Source: a virus
Virus record (IMG/VR): IMGVR_UViG_3300005663_000033
Span: 32,001 to 96,000 of that record
Strand: one strand, 5' to 3'
DNA: 64,000 bases
The position numbers and the translations under genes are program-made. Within the stretch, counting starts at the first letter, position 1. The number at the start of each line of letters is the position of its first letter. Under the pieces are notes generated by a model. The model was not told the DNA's origin. It made no database searches and worked only from the letters and a program-made list of their open reading frames with translations. Positions 29,610 through 39,858 of this stretch are shown piece by piece.

Positions 29610-29978
29610 ATGGAAATGAGCCTAGCTTCGTGGAAGAAAGAGTTTTATCGAACACCAGCCAATAGGGTGTCCAAGGGATGGGCGATGAGGCATTCTATCG
29701 ACAAGTGGACGGGGTTGTTGTGTCGAAACAGAAGAAAACACAAGGTCAATCTAGACGAAGGAGTTTTGTATGATAACAATAACGACAGTCAACAATTAGG
29801 TATTGATCGTCATTCGTGTGCTCTGTGCCATCATCACCAAAAGAATGGTTGCACAACATGCCCCGTAAAAAGAACTGGTAAGACATGTCATACCACATAT
29901 TGGGATATGGTCAACGACAAAAAAGTGGCTCCGATGATCCGTTTGTTGAAAAAGGCTTCGGATAAACCAAAGAGTTGA
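29610..29978 (+). CDS. Cys/His-rich hypothetical protein, copy 2
   Basis: AAGGAGG RBS; same protein as 16292 apart from the termini. Confidence 0.75.
   Translation: MEMSLASWKKEFYRTPANRVSKGWAMRHSIDKWTGLLCRNRRKHKVNLDEGVLYDNNNDSQQLGIDRHSCALCHHHQKNGCTTCPVKRTGKTCHTTYWDMVNDKKVAPMIRLLKKASDKPKS
29614..29950 (+). repeat. 337 bp exact direct repeat, copy 2
   Basis: Identical to 16290-16626. Confidence 0.9.
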
Positions 29979-30021
29979 TTACGGAACCGTAGTGCTGGGT
30001 TGATAATATCATGGAGAAATT

Positions 30022-30594
30022 ATGAAAACGTTGACCACAGAAGAACAGCGTAAAATTAAGGACCGCTTTGAGAAACATGTTGATCGGCGATCTAGAAAAG
30101 ATATGATCGATTTTCTCACTAGTCACTTCAGATATCACACGATGAGTAGTTGGAATAGAAGTACTAGTTACGCACACTGCATCAAACTTCATCATCTCAG
30201 TATTCCAGATGATATTTGCGATACGATGTACGATATGGTATTCAACGACGAATGGGGAAATCACTTCAGTGAGATCATTGATCTATTCAGTATGTCGCAC
30301 GACGATAACTGGGTGGTAGGAACAAACGGTCGTTCTGGTGGTTATCTCGTCCTCTACAAAGGGACTGTCAAAAATGGACGCAGAGGTTGTCTCCTCGGGT
30401 CAATAGATCAAGAAGAGGACTTCCATGAATGGGATAGGGATGAACTCAGGGCACGAGTAAACTCAGTGTGTAGCTTTGATATGTTAGTTTCGAATGTAGC
30501 CATGGAATTCGTAGCATTCTGTCGAACATATAACATAATAGATGAGACTATCATGGTTCAAAAGACTGTCCAAGTTCTTAGGGAGAAACAATGA
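30022..30594 (+). CDS. Conserved hypothetical protein
   Basis: FL..HFRY.TM.SWN.STSYA and NGRSGGYLVLY motifs. Confidence 0.7.
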   Translation: MKTLTTEEQRKIKDRFEKHVDRRSRKDMIDFLTSHFRYHTMSSWNRSTSYAHCIKLHHLSIPDDICDTMYDMVFNDEWGNHFSEIIDLFSMSHDDNWVVGTNGRSGGYLVLYKGTVKNGRRGCLLGSIDQEEDFHEWDRDELRARVNSVCSFDMLVSNVAMEFVAFCRTYNIIDETIMVQKTVQVLREKQ

Positions 30595-31331
30595 TAACTC
30601 ACGATGAAGCAAAATCGAAATTCAAAAAGTGTAGGAACAAAGAACGCGGTTACAAGTTAGCAAACAACACCAGAATTCAGGAGCGTGGACATGCTTTTGC
30701 CGTCCGACTCCACAAGACTGATGTGGTGATGATTCGTCCTGACGGAACATATCGTCTCAATACTGGTGGGTGGCGCACTGTTACAACTAAAAACCGAATG
30801 AATATGGTACTGCCCGACTCCTGTTGTGTCTCGCAAATAAATGGCCTTTGGTTTGTAGGACCTGAGAATACACCCTATTCCGACAGAATGTTGATAGGAT
30901 CAGACGGGAAGGCTATCGGAGCTAAACATCTTGGAGATTTGCCGAAAATCAAACGAATAGTAGATCGTCGCATAAGCCAGTTTATAAAACTGCTAACAAA
31001 ATTCTGTCAAGGAAGAGATATGGGGACATGGGATAGCTACGGAAAGCGCACCGTTCCACATAACAGCAATAAGACTCATTTGAGAAAATTATGGATTACA
31101 GCAAGACAAACTGTGTCGATTGACATTGATGACGGATTCAGATTAGTCCATCTCGCTACTCTAGCTCGTGGTCATTGTAATCCAAAGTTTGTTTGGGACA
31201 ACATGATTCAAATAGCATGTTCCAATGATAGAGAGTCTCACTTTATTGTCGACAACCTCAGATCATTTATGAGGACACGAAAGCCGTTTATTGCGGAAAT
31301 GATCTCTAAAAAGGAACTCGAACTATGTTAG
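30591..31331 (+). CDS. Hypothetical protein; N-terminal domain paralogous to 10661
   Basis: LANNT...LHKTDVV...DG...LNTGGWRTVTTKNRMN. Confidence 0.7.
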   Translation: MITHDEAKSKFKKCRNKERGYKLANNTRIQERGHAFAVRLHKTDVVMIRPDGTYRLNTGGWRTVTTKNRMNMVLPDSCCVSQINGLWFVGPENTPYSDRMLIGSDGKAIGAKHLGDLPKIKRIVDRRISQFIKLLTKFCQGRDMGTWDSYGKRTVPHNSNKTHLRKLWITARQTVSIDIDDGFRLVHLATLARGHCNPKFVWDNMIQIACSNDRESHFIVDNLRSFMRTRKPFIAEMISKKELELC

Positions 31332-31915
31332 AAGAACCTATGGATAGAAACTTCGCTATTTTCAATATCAAAGATGAAGATAGACAGAGAGCGGATGCTG
31401 GTTTTCTTAGACGATTTGGCCAGGAAGTCTTCGATAGAGAAATTTCTCCAATCCATAAAGCTGGAATTATGTCTGTTTTCCATAATCCACCAAATAAGTG
31501 GACCACATGGTATGTGGAAACAGTTGCGTTTTTAGTCAACGAGAGACGGTAGGGCACAAATATGGAACAGTGTGCTTTTCCACGGTGCAAAAATCTATCT
31601 GATTATGAGTATATCGGACGAGATATTTGCGAAATTCACTGGGGACTGCTTTGTGAGGCGGATAGCAAGACAGAAAAAGGATTATTGAAAAAGATCGGCC
31701 TAGTCAGAAATTCTAAAGGGTCTGTAGTTCCGATAAAAAGGAAAGGCGATGAAAAAGATTGATTGGAAAAGTATTTGGGAAGATTTTGATACATGGATGA
31801 TTAATCATCATCCTGGACGAATGACCCCATCTCTGGTAAAACAACAGTGTAAAATACAAAGACTTATCAACGCCCAGGTCCGAGAAATCGTACAAAAGAA
31901 AATCTAGATTTTTGT

Positions 31916-31949
31916 GGAACAAATTGCTTAGTTGGACGTATAATAAGGT
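31916..31949 (+). promoter_or_regulatory. Conserved phage promoter, copy 4
   Basis: GGAACA-aattgctt-AGTTGGACG-TATAAT-aaggt, upstream of the AAA ATPase operon. Confidence 0.78.
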
Positions 31950-31990
31950 AGGAGATTCTAGCGACAGTGCGTAGGGGGTGAGAATACAAC

Positions 31991-32203
31991 ATGAACAAAC
32001 AACAAATTGCAGCCAAGTTGAGAGCAATTTTGTGTCAAGCCGATAGTATGTCTGGACTACTCAGCCGTAAAAGATCATCTAAACACGCAGATGATATTGA
32101 AGTTTTGCTGGAGCACATATCTCTTCTTGTAGCTGATCTGCGGTTTGACAACGCAGCTACGCGCAATGAACTCTGGCAAGTACGAGATATTCTTGAAGAA
32201 TAG
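31991..32203 (+). CDS. Divergent member of the FDxxATR coiled-coil family (paralog 3)
   Basis: SLLVADLRFDNAATRNEL...ILEE aligns with 27446. Confidence 0.6.
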   Translation: MNKQQIAAKLRAILCQADSMSGLLSRKRSSKHADDIEVLLEHISLLVADLRFDNAATRNELWQVRDILEE

Positions 32204-32245
32204 ACCGTTCATTTCTTTAGTCACTTAGTTTAAGGGGACAATAAT

Positions 32246-33805
32246 ATGAAGGACTTCGCCACGGATTTTGCCGATTATTGTTGTTCAGGTCACGCCCTAT
32301 TACATGTAGAAACCTTCGAAAAAGATCGGGTAATAAGCGAGATTGCGAAGGTGGCTGACGCTATGAATCGTAAGGTCTATATTTGGTCTATCGCTCGTGG
32401 ATGGATAGACAAGAATGGTGGTTCTGTATGTGGTGTCAAACCCTCTGCTCAGATCGAAGAACACTTGCAGGCAATCGTTGAATTCCCGAATAGCGTTATC
32501 TGCATACTGCGCGACTTTGGCATATATATGCAACACGAAACCTATTCCTATGATGATGTTGTTGTTGGATGGTTGGATGAGCTTCGCAAAATCGTAGGAT
32601 CAGTCAACCAAAATATCGTTTTCGTTGGTCCAGATTTTAAGGTCCCCAAACCATTGCTGCATGATATTACGAAGATTGATTTTGATCTACCAGATAATGA
32701 TCAAATCAGTGAACGAATCGATTTTGTTTGTAGTGATGTGGTCAAAGCCAATGGGGAAAAGTTCGAACCAAATAAAGATATAATTCCACATATCATTGAT
32801 TCTTGTCGTGGTATGACTTCACAACAGACGGTCGATCGTGTTGCTCTAGCCCTTCGAAAACACAAGGACTTGAATGAGGATGCCGTGCGCACCATCGTCA
32901 GAGAAAAGGCCAGCATTATTCGTGCATCTGGACTCCTCACATACATAGAACCGCCAAAAGGAGGACTAGCTAATGTCGGTGGATATGACGCACTAAAACA
33001 ACACGTCCTCCTAGATCAACCATGTTTTACTCAAGAGGCGAGGAAGTTTGGAATAGAATTCCCCAGAGGACTTATGCTTGTTGGAATACCGGGCTGTGGA
33101 AAAACGCTGCTGTCTCTAGCCATCGCATCGGAACTTGGTTTGCCGCTCATCTCCATGGACGTTGGCAATCTAATGGATAAATATGTTGGTGAGTCCGAGG
33201 GCAATATGAGGGAAGCAATTAAGATGTTAGAAAGTATCGCCCCGTGTGTTTTACAGTTGGACGAAATAGAGAAAGGTTTTGGTGGCACGTCTGACATGGA
33301 TGGTGGTTCGTCTCGTCGAGTATTCGGCACCTTCATCAAGTGGCTAAACGACAGAGAATCCCCCGTATACGTTGTTGCCACAGCCAACCAAGTCCAATCT
33401 CTCCCACCTGAGTTTTGTCGTAAGGGTCGTTTCGATGAGATATACGGACTCGATCTACCAAACTTCGAAGAACGTAAAGAAATCTTCTGTATTCATCTCT
33501 CGAAGAGGGAAAGAAAACCAAGTGATTTTGAAGTTGAAAAGTTATCTGAAATCAGCCAAGGGTATACAGGAAGTGACGTTGAACAAACTATCAAACTTGG
33601 TCTAAAGATGGCTTTCTCAGAAAACAGCGAGCTTACAACAACCCATCTCATGAAAGCTATTTCTAATATAGTTCCACTTTCCAAAACAGAAGAGAGCCGA
33701 ATTAAGGAAATCAGACAGTGGTGTAAGATGCATGCGCGGGCTGCAAATCCAAGTAAGAAAAATAGTCCACGTGGGGACAACGCCAGGACAGTCTCACTAA
33801 ACTAA
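32246..33805 (+). CDS. AAA+ ATPase (Ycf46-like: degenerate N-terminal AAA plus active C-terminal AAA)
   Basis: Walker A GIPGCGKT, pore loop KYVGESE, Walker B LQLDEIEK, ATAN, RKGRFDE. Confidence 0.92.
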   Translation: MKDFATDFADYCCSGHALLHVETFEKDRVISEIAKVADAMNRKVYIWSIARGWIDKNGGSVCGVKPSAQIEEHLQAIVEFPNSVICILRDFGIYMQHETYSYDDVVVGWLDELRKIVGSVNQNIVFVGPDFKVPKPLLHDITKIDFDLPDNDQISERIDFVCSDVVKANGEKFEPNKDIIPHIIDSCRGMTSQQTVDRVALALRKHKDLNEDAVRTIVREKASIIRASGLLTYIEPPKGGLANVGGYDALKQHVLLDQPCFTQEARKFGIEFPRGLMLVGIPGCGKTLLSLAIASELGLPLISMDVGNLMDKYVGESEGNMREAIKMLESIAPCVLQLDEIEKGFGGTSDMDGGSSRRVFGTFIKWLNDRESPVYVVATANQVQSLPPEFCRKGRFDEIYGLDLPNFEERKEIFCIHLSKRERKPSDFEVEKLSEISQGYTGSDVEQTIKLGLKMAFSENSELTTTHLMKAISNIVPLSKTEESRIKEIRQWCKMHARAANPSKKNSPRGDNARTVSLN

Positions 33806-33814
33806 GGAGATATT

Positions 33815-34825
33815 ATGAGTACCGCAACGGTGCAGAAATCAAAGTCTAACCAGGACACCATTAATCTTTTCGAAGTCGGGTGCCTGGTCAATCTAAGAAT
33901 TAGCATGTGGTCTGGGAGAAAAATGTTGACCCGTGCTGATCTTGTTCATGTTGGTTACGACCCCGACAAACTTCCTGAAGATATAGTAAATCTCGGAAGA
34001 AAGCTTATGGTTCCCAAGTCGGAACTGCAAACTCTAAATCAAATCGAACAGCGCGCCCGTAAGGCGTTGGAACGTTGGTCCGTACCATTTGGTATTGCCA
34101 ATGCTCACTTTGTCCCATCGACAATGATTATGACGGTCGAACAACAGGTCAAAGAATTGAAAAAAGAGTTTTTCGTTAGAGTTGACAGCTTCATTAGGCG
34201 TTTCGACGATCTTATCAAGGCAGTAAAGGACGCTCATCCAGAATTCTGGGATAAGTGTTTAAAGGGGCACTATCCGTCCAATCCAAAATCGTTGAGACAA
34301 TTGTTCCAGTTTGACTGGTATACCTTCAAGATATCTGGAGTATCCGCGATCGAAGAGGTCAGTGCGGAGGAAGTGGTTGCTAAACAAAAGGTGCAAAACG
34401 AACGAGAAGTAGAATTGCGTCAACAAATGCAAACCGCTGTAGGTGAGTTTGTAGGAGAGTATGTAACCACCATGAGGGACGAAACTGTTAGATTTTGTAA
34501 CCTAATGACGGCTCGTATCAATGGTACGCCCTTTGAGGATGAAGAAGATGTCAAAGGTCTGACTCCAAAATCTATCTCATGCTTCCGCAATTATATCGAT
34601 CGCTTCCGGTCAATGAATGTCTTCGGGGATGGAAGTATTGAAAAGATGTTATCAGAATTCCGAGACACGTTCTTGGATTCTGGTGTTACTCCACAGGATT
34701 TTGAGTCGGCAACAGTTGCTAGTAGCATAACAAAGGCGCTCGAAGCCATTCGGAACAAGGCTGCCGCTGAAGGTGAAAGTGGTAGTCAGTTTATTGGGGA
34801 ACTAAAAAGGAGGATTGTGATATGA
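33815..34825 (+). CDS. DUF3150-like protein
   Basis: LVNLRISMWSGRK.L...LG.KL.VP...AR..L...S.PF; lies directly after the AAA ATPase. Confidence 0.6.
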   Translation: MSTATVQKSKSNQDTINLFEVGCLVNLRISMWSGRKMLTRADLVHVGYDPDKLPEDIVNLGRKLMVPKSELQTLNQIEQRARKALERWSVPFGIANAHFVPSTMIMTVEQQVKELKKEFFVRVDSFIRRFDDLIKAVKDAHPEFWDKCLKGHYPSNPKSLRQLFQFDWYTFKISGVSAIEEVSAEEVVAKQKVQNEREVELRQQMQTAVGEFVGEYVTTMRDETVRFCNLMTARINGTPFEDEEDVKGLTPKSISCFRNYIDRFRSMNVFGDGSIEKMLSEFRDTFLDSGVTPQDFESATVASSITKALEAIRNKAAAEGESGSQFIGELKRRIVI

Positions 34826-35541
34826 CAAAAGCGATTGACATTTTGCGTCGTTGTAAAGAACTCTTCGAGAAGGGACTTGTCGGAATTCCTATAGGCCAGA
34901 GTATTGGTTCCGACTGGGTTGATGATGTAGAAATAGATATCAACAACTTCTTAACGGGATACAATGAAATCACCCTAGGTAGTTGTTATCATACTGGCCT
35001 TGCATACTCTCTAGCTTACGATGCACATGGAATGGTGGAACTGTCTGGTAAAACATTCACCAATCTAGACACTGGTGTCGATGGTGGAGCAATGGCTGCT
35101 CTAAAAGAATACCAACGAAATTTAAATCCTGATCGAGATGTCCCTTTCTTCATTGTCGCACTTAAGCCAGTCAAAATCTATAGGCCTCCAGACTTGGATG
35201 TTTGTGACGATTGTTTTAAATGGAAGAAAGATTGCGCCTGTGACGAAAATGATACCACCAACTCCGGGTGTAATTGCCTTGATGGTAATTGTGATGACGA
35301 TTGTTGCGAAAACTGTGGTGAGCTATACGAACATTGTCAGGGTCTTTGCCTCGATAATTACGACCCATGCGACGAATGCGGTAGCTCGGATTGCGATTGT
35401 TGGGTTTATCAAGAGTCTTATTGCCAAAATTGTGGCCTGGTTGATTATAAGTGTTTTTGCCCCGACGGATGTCGGTGCAACAATGAGGTGGTCGCTCCAC
35501 CTCTGAATGCGTTTGATAGGGCAAGGTTCCTGAAGGCATAA
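34822..35541 (+). CDS. Hypothetical protein with Cys/Asp-rich C-terminal repeats
   Basis: Multiple CxxC...CxC units. Confidence 0.7.
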   Translation: MTKAIDILRRCKELFEKGLVGIPIGQSIGSDWVDDVEIDINNFLTGYNEITLGSCYHTGLAYSLAYDAHGMVELSGKTFTNLDTGVDGGAMAALKEYQRNLNPDRDVPFFIVALKPVKIYRPPDLDVCDDCFKWKKDCACDENDTTNSGCNCLDGNCDDDCCENCGELYEHCQGLCLDNYDPCDECGSSDCDCWVYQESYCQNCGLVDYKCFCPDGCRCNNEVVAPPLNAFDRARFLKA

Positions 35542-35552
35542 GGGAAACTATA

Positions 35553-35966
35553 ATGAGCAGATATTGTACAGTACGAACTGAATTCATGGATGGCAGGGCT
35601 CTAATAGAAGCTCTCGTGGAGACTGGCCATTGGACAGCAGAACAAATCGAAATTCACCATGAACCACAACATCTTCTTGGATATAAAGGCGACAGGCGCA
35701 AAGAAACAGCCAATATTATTATTCGTAGTAAACATGTAGGTAGATTATCAAACGATATCGGTTTCGCCAAAGGGGAAGACGGTAATTATGTAGCAATAAT
35801 TTCCGAATACGACTCTGGTAGGTATGGAAAAAAGTGGATCGGCCAATTGACGGGCAATTACGCTTATCACAGAGTCCGTAGAGAGCAAGAATCTCGCGGT
35901 CGCAATGTGTCTAGGGAACGTGGACGGGATGGTCGCCAAAGAGTGACTATCACAGGTTATAGGTAG
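35553..35966 (+). CDS. DUF1257-like protein
   Basis: MS.Y.TV.T...D...L..AL; GY.GD.R...A.IIIR; SNDIGF.....G.Y..IISEYD. Confidence 0.75.
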   Translation: MSRYCTVRTEFMDGRALIEALVETGHWTAEQIEIHHEPQHLLGYKGDRRKETANIIIRSKHVGRLSNDIGFAKGEDGNYVAIISEYDSGRYGKKWIGQLTGNYAYHRVRREQESRGRNVSRERGRDGRQRVTITGYR

Positions 35967-35971
35967 AAACT

Positions 35972-36313
35972 ATGGCATTGCAATTCTTAAGCGAAAACAC
36001 CGGAAAAATGAAAGATGCTGTGTTTTGTTTTACTGGCAAATCCCCAAAGACTCGTCCCGAGATGCAAGCGATTGCAATCGGTGCTGGCGCAACAGTCACC
36101 AAATCCGTCACCAACAGCACAACCATCTTGGTAATTGCAGACGCAAATAGTACATCATCCAAAGTAATAAAAGCTCACTGGAGGGGAATTGATTTAATAA
36201 GCCCAGAACAGTTCTTCGAAATATGTGGCAAAACCAAAACGTCAAAGAAATTTGTAATAACCAAACCATCTGAAAAGAAAAGACATTCGTCTGTGAGACG
36301 GATACAACTTTAA
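35972..36313 (+). CDS. Stand-alone BRCT-domain protein
   Basis: FCFTG...TR...GA.V..SVT..T..LV.....SSK..KA...GI..ISPEQF, as in the DNA ligase BRCT domain. Confidence 0.85.
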   Translation: MALQFLSENTGKMKDAVFCFTGKSPKTRPEMQAIAIGAGATVTKSVTNSTTILVIADANSTSSKVIKAHWRGIDLISPEQFFEICGKTKTSKKFVITKPSEKKRHSSVRRIQL

Positions 36314-36324
36314 GGAAAAAAACC

Positions 36325-36837
36325 ATGAAACTTATAGACATTCCACAAATGAGTAGACCTGGATATGCTACTGACCATTTTCTATATATGTTACCAAAAA
36401 CTATCAAACAATATCAAGAAGAACGACTTTGTCCTCTTAATCTGGAACCTGATTTCCAAAGGGTTCACGTTTGGACTCCCGAACAGCAAACTCGATATAT
36501 GGAATTCATTTTACGAGGAGGAAACTCATCGAAGGATTTCTACTTCAATTGTCCTGGTTGGCAGGGTTCCTATGATGGACCATTTGAACTCGTTGACGGC
36601 AAACAACGACTTGCTGCCTGTTTGGGTTTTATGAACGGAACAGTTCCCATTTTTGACGGATTCTATATTGGAGACTTTACTGACAAACCATTCAATGTTC
36701 TCCTGCGTTTCCATATCAACAATCTAAAAACTCGTAAAGAAGTTCTCCAATGGTATCTGGATATTAATTCTGGTGGAGTTGTTCACACCGCCGATGAACT
36801 AGACAAAGTAAGAGAATTACTAGAAAAGGAAATTTAA
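36325..36837 (+). CDS. DUF262 (ParB/Srx-fold) domain protein
   Basis: PDFQRVHVW, VDGKQRL and IN.GG motifs. Confidence 0.8.
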   Translation: MKLIDIPQMSRPGYATDHFLYMLPKTIKQYQEERLCPLNLEPDFQRVHVWTPEQQTRYMEFILRGGNSSKDFYFNCPGWQGSYDGPFELVDGKQRLAACLGFMNGTVPIFDGFYIGDFTDKPFNVLLRFHINNLKTRKEVLQWYLDINSGGVVHTADELDKVRELLEKEI

Positions 36838-37374
36838 TCTATGCAAAAACTACAACTAGAGATTAGTCACATAACTATCCCGAAGGGGATCGGAGCAGAT
36901 CAAATATCCTTTTGTGTTCCAAATGATCGGGTATTAGATGATGTACTAGGAGACACAGAAGCCCGTGAATGTTTCCCAGAACTATATTTCGACCTTAAAA
37001 TTACCAAAGGTAAAGGCGAAAAACTATTGTCAGCCCTTGGATTAGTAGCGGATAGGATCATATCCAGGTCAACCGGATATAGTTTTGGACGATCAAGAAA
37101 AAATCATGATAAACAAAGTAAACCATGATTTGGCCTATGCCCTAGCTGAGTTCGCCACCCATGTCATAGATAGATATGACTCCGATGACCCATCAGCAAG
37201 AACTCAAATATTAGTCAAAGGCGTTTTCGCTGGGGCTAGTTGTGGAAGTTTAGTGGAATACGCTAAGGAAAAACTACTGTTGGCCCACACATATATTTCA
37301 CCAAAAGAGATTGAGGATATAAAAAGGAGAAATATGGATGGCAAAAATTGCAATCTTCCTCCGAGGAGAACCAA

Positions 37375-38385
37375 ATGACACAAGATCGTAAACTTTGTTT
37401 CAACGATATCTTGTTAGTCCCACAATATTCAACGCTGGATTCCAGAACAACCCCTGATATAACAACCCATTTGGGTCATCTAGAACTGAGAGCCCCGATT
37501 ATCTCTGCTCCTATGGATTCAGTCACTGGAAAATATATGCTTGTCATCATGGATAAGTTGGGCGGTTTGGGGATATTGACTCGTCATATCAATTTGCCAG
37601 ACGACGAAGAGTTGGCGATGCAAGTTCGAGAGATTCAATGGGCTCGCGATCAAGGTGCTATTAATGTAGGATGTGCTGTTGGAATCAAAGGAGACATTGA
37701 CAGGAAGGCTCAATCTCTATTGAACGCCGGGTGCAATGTGATCTGTCTAGACGTAGCCCATGGCGACCACAAAAAGATGTACGAGGCAATAAAGATTATA
37801 GTTCTTCTTCAAGACAACTACCACTTTATCGTCATGGCAGGCAACGTATGCACCGAAGAGGCGGTAATAAAATTCGCAAAGCACGGTGTAGATGCTATTA
37901 AAGTAGGTATAGGACCTGGCGCAGCTTGTACGACCAGGATTATAACCGGATTTGGTTATCCTCAAATGTCTGCGATCATTGAATGTAGCAATAGTATCAA
38001 AAAATATCCACAAACAACAATTATTGCAGACGGAGGAATCAGGAATTCGGGAGATATGGTAAAAAGCCTTTGGGGTGGAGCAAGTGCGTGTATGATCGGA
38101 TATATGCTGGCAGGGACCAATGCGACCCCAAGAATCGATGGCAAGAAAGTCTACAGAGGGATGAGTAGTCGCGCTGTTTCTGGTAGATCAGACATAGCCC
38201 CAGAGGGAGTCGAAATAGAGATGGGAGATAAAGGGGAAACAGAAGAAGTCGTAAAAGGATGTATCAAGGGAATTCGCTCAGGTTTAGCGATGGGTGGAGC
38301 GAAAAATCTCACCGAACTGCGTGAGAATATTAAACACGTAATTGTCAGTCCACTATCTATGGAAGAAACAATGCCTAAATCGTAG
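37375..38385 (+). CDS. IMP dehydrogenase / GMP reductase family protein (no CBS domains)
   Basis: F.DILLVP, SAPMDSVT, DVAHG, AGNV, KVGIGPGAACTTR, IADGGI, YRGMSS. Confidence 0.92.
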   Translation: MTQDRKLCFNDILLVPQYSTLDSRTTPDITTHLGHLELRAPIISAPMDSVTGKYMLVIMDKLGGLGILTRHINLPDDEELAMQVREIQWARDQGAINVGCAVGIKGDIDRKAQSLLNAGCNVICLDVAHGDHKKMYEAIKIIVLLQDNYHFIVMAGNVCTEEAVIKFAKHGVDAIKVGIGPGAACTTRIITGFGYPQMSAIIECSNSIKKYPQTTIIADGGIRNSGDMVKSLWGGASACMIGYMLAGTNATPRIDGKKVYRGMSSRAVSGRSDIAPEGVEIEMGDKGETEEVVKGCIKGIRSGLAMGGAKNLTELRENIKHVIVSPLSMEETMPKS

Positions 38386-38778
38386 AAAGGTGATATGATG
38401 GGTTTGTTAAAAAACATAGTCAGGGGTATTTTGTCAATAAATCTATTCCCACCACCTAAACCACCTTACAAAGCTCCTGAAATAAAGTCTGACGAAGAAG
38501 CTATTCGTGAAAATTGGGAAATCGTTGGAAAAGACTTACAAAGGGCTATGGACAAAATTGATAAAATAGAAAGAGAATAAAATGAAAAAGAAACTCAAAG
38601 ACATCGCAGAATTCATTTTGCTGTTCTGGTGTTGTGGCGGTGGCGGCGTTATTGGCCTAGTATGTTTCGCTTTTGCATGGAAACTAGGGGTGGTCATCTT
38701 AGGCTTATGGGGGTGCTCGGTTATCATGGCGATCCTTATCTTAATCAACAAACAAACATCAAAAAAAAGAGATAAGAA

Positions 38779-39036
38779 ATGAAAATTGTTCTAGACATCG
38801 ATCCTGCTGGAGATGTCCATTGTCTATATACTGACGAAATCGACTTATTCGCCATAGGAAGAGTTGTTGGGGTGCGTAAGGCGTCAAACGTAGAATTCAA
38901 CGAAAAAAAACAAGTCTGGGAAGTCTTATCTCTCGAAGGGAAAGTCCTACACGAAAGTTGCAGCCGCGTGGCTGCTATAGATTGGGAAATAAAGGCGTTT
39001 TCGCCAGGGGGAATGTGTTATGATCCTATGGATTGA
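38779..39036 (+). CDS. Conserved hypothetical protein of a family I recall from Planctomycete Ubl/AAA gene clusters
   Basis: I.P.G.V.CLY.DEIDL..IG....R.AS.VE....W...SR..A..WE pattern; family assignment from memory. Confidence 0.6.
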   Translation: MKIVLDIDPAGDVHCLYTDEIDLFAIGRVVGVRKASNVEFNEKKQVWEVLSLEGKVLHESCSRVAAIDWEIKAFSPGGMCYDPMD

Positions 39037-39657
39037 TGAGTTTGGAGAGGCACACGTCGCAAATGACTTAGATGACGGTATGATTGACGCTATTAATAAT
39101 AGTGAGGCGGTGTTCTATCGCTTTGATACTGATACCAAAAAATACCAGTATCACAATGGTACTAATTGGATAACCATTAAAGAAGGGTAGGGGGATGATA
39201 TGCGAAAAGTGTATTATAAGGTAGTGTTGAATGTGTTTATTCTTGAGGATGATGAAGCAAATGTCGCAGACAGATTGAGAGAATCAACATTTGCTTTAGA
39301 CTATAACGCCCTCGATGAAGTTGCTGATGTCCACGATATCTCCGTAGAAAGTGTAGAAGTAACCGACTCTAGATAAAAGGAGATTTAAGTTATGCTACCC
39401 GAAGACGCTAAAAAAAACAAATGCGATCGATGCGGAGTGATAGTTAGCCTTTATCGTCATGCAAATGGTTGGCGATGCCCATCGTGCATCTGGAACGAAC
39501 GAGAAAACTTGATTAAATGGTCTAAACCACTGCTTAATCTAACCCATTACACAGCGGCTAAATATAAAGACAATCCGGTAGTAATTGTGTCTCGCAGAAA
39601 CCTTGACGCTCTGGCAGAAGTCGTCAAAGAGGTCACCTCTATTTAACGAATGAGAAA

Positions 39658-39858
39658 ATGACCTTATCGTCTTTAAAAATGAACGAAACAGCAACCATTA
39701 TTGGTTGTTCAAATAAGAGACTGTGCGACTTAGGTCTAATATGTGGGGTAAAAATACGTATAGTCAAGCAAGGTAATACTTGTATTATACGATTCAATAA
39801 CACGAGTCTATGTATGGGTTATAAGTATCAAAAAATAATAGAAATAGAGAGGAAATAA
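39658..39858 (+). CDS. FeoA-family SH3-like protein
   Basis: MTLSSLK.NE.A.I...RL.DLGL..G..I.IV. Confidence 0.75.
   Translation: MTLSSLKMNETATIIGCSNKRLCDLGLICGVKIRIVKQGNTCIIRFNNTSLCMGYKYQKIIEIERK

Noticed and set aside
16290-29950. Diversity-generating retroelement template/variable repeat pair
   Set aside because: The copies are identical, with no adenine-specific mismatches, and there is no reverse transcriptase in the window.
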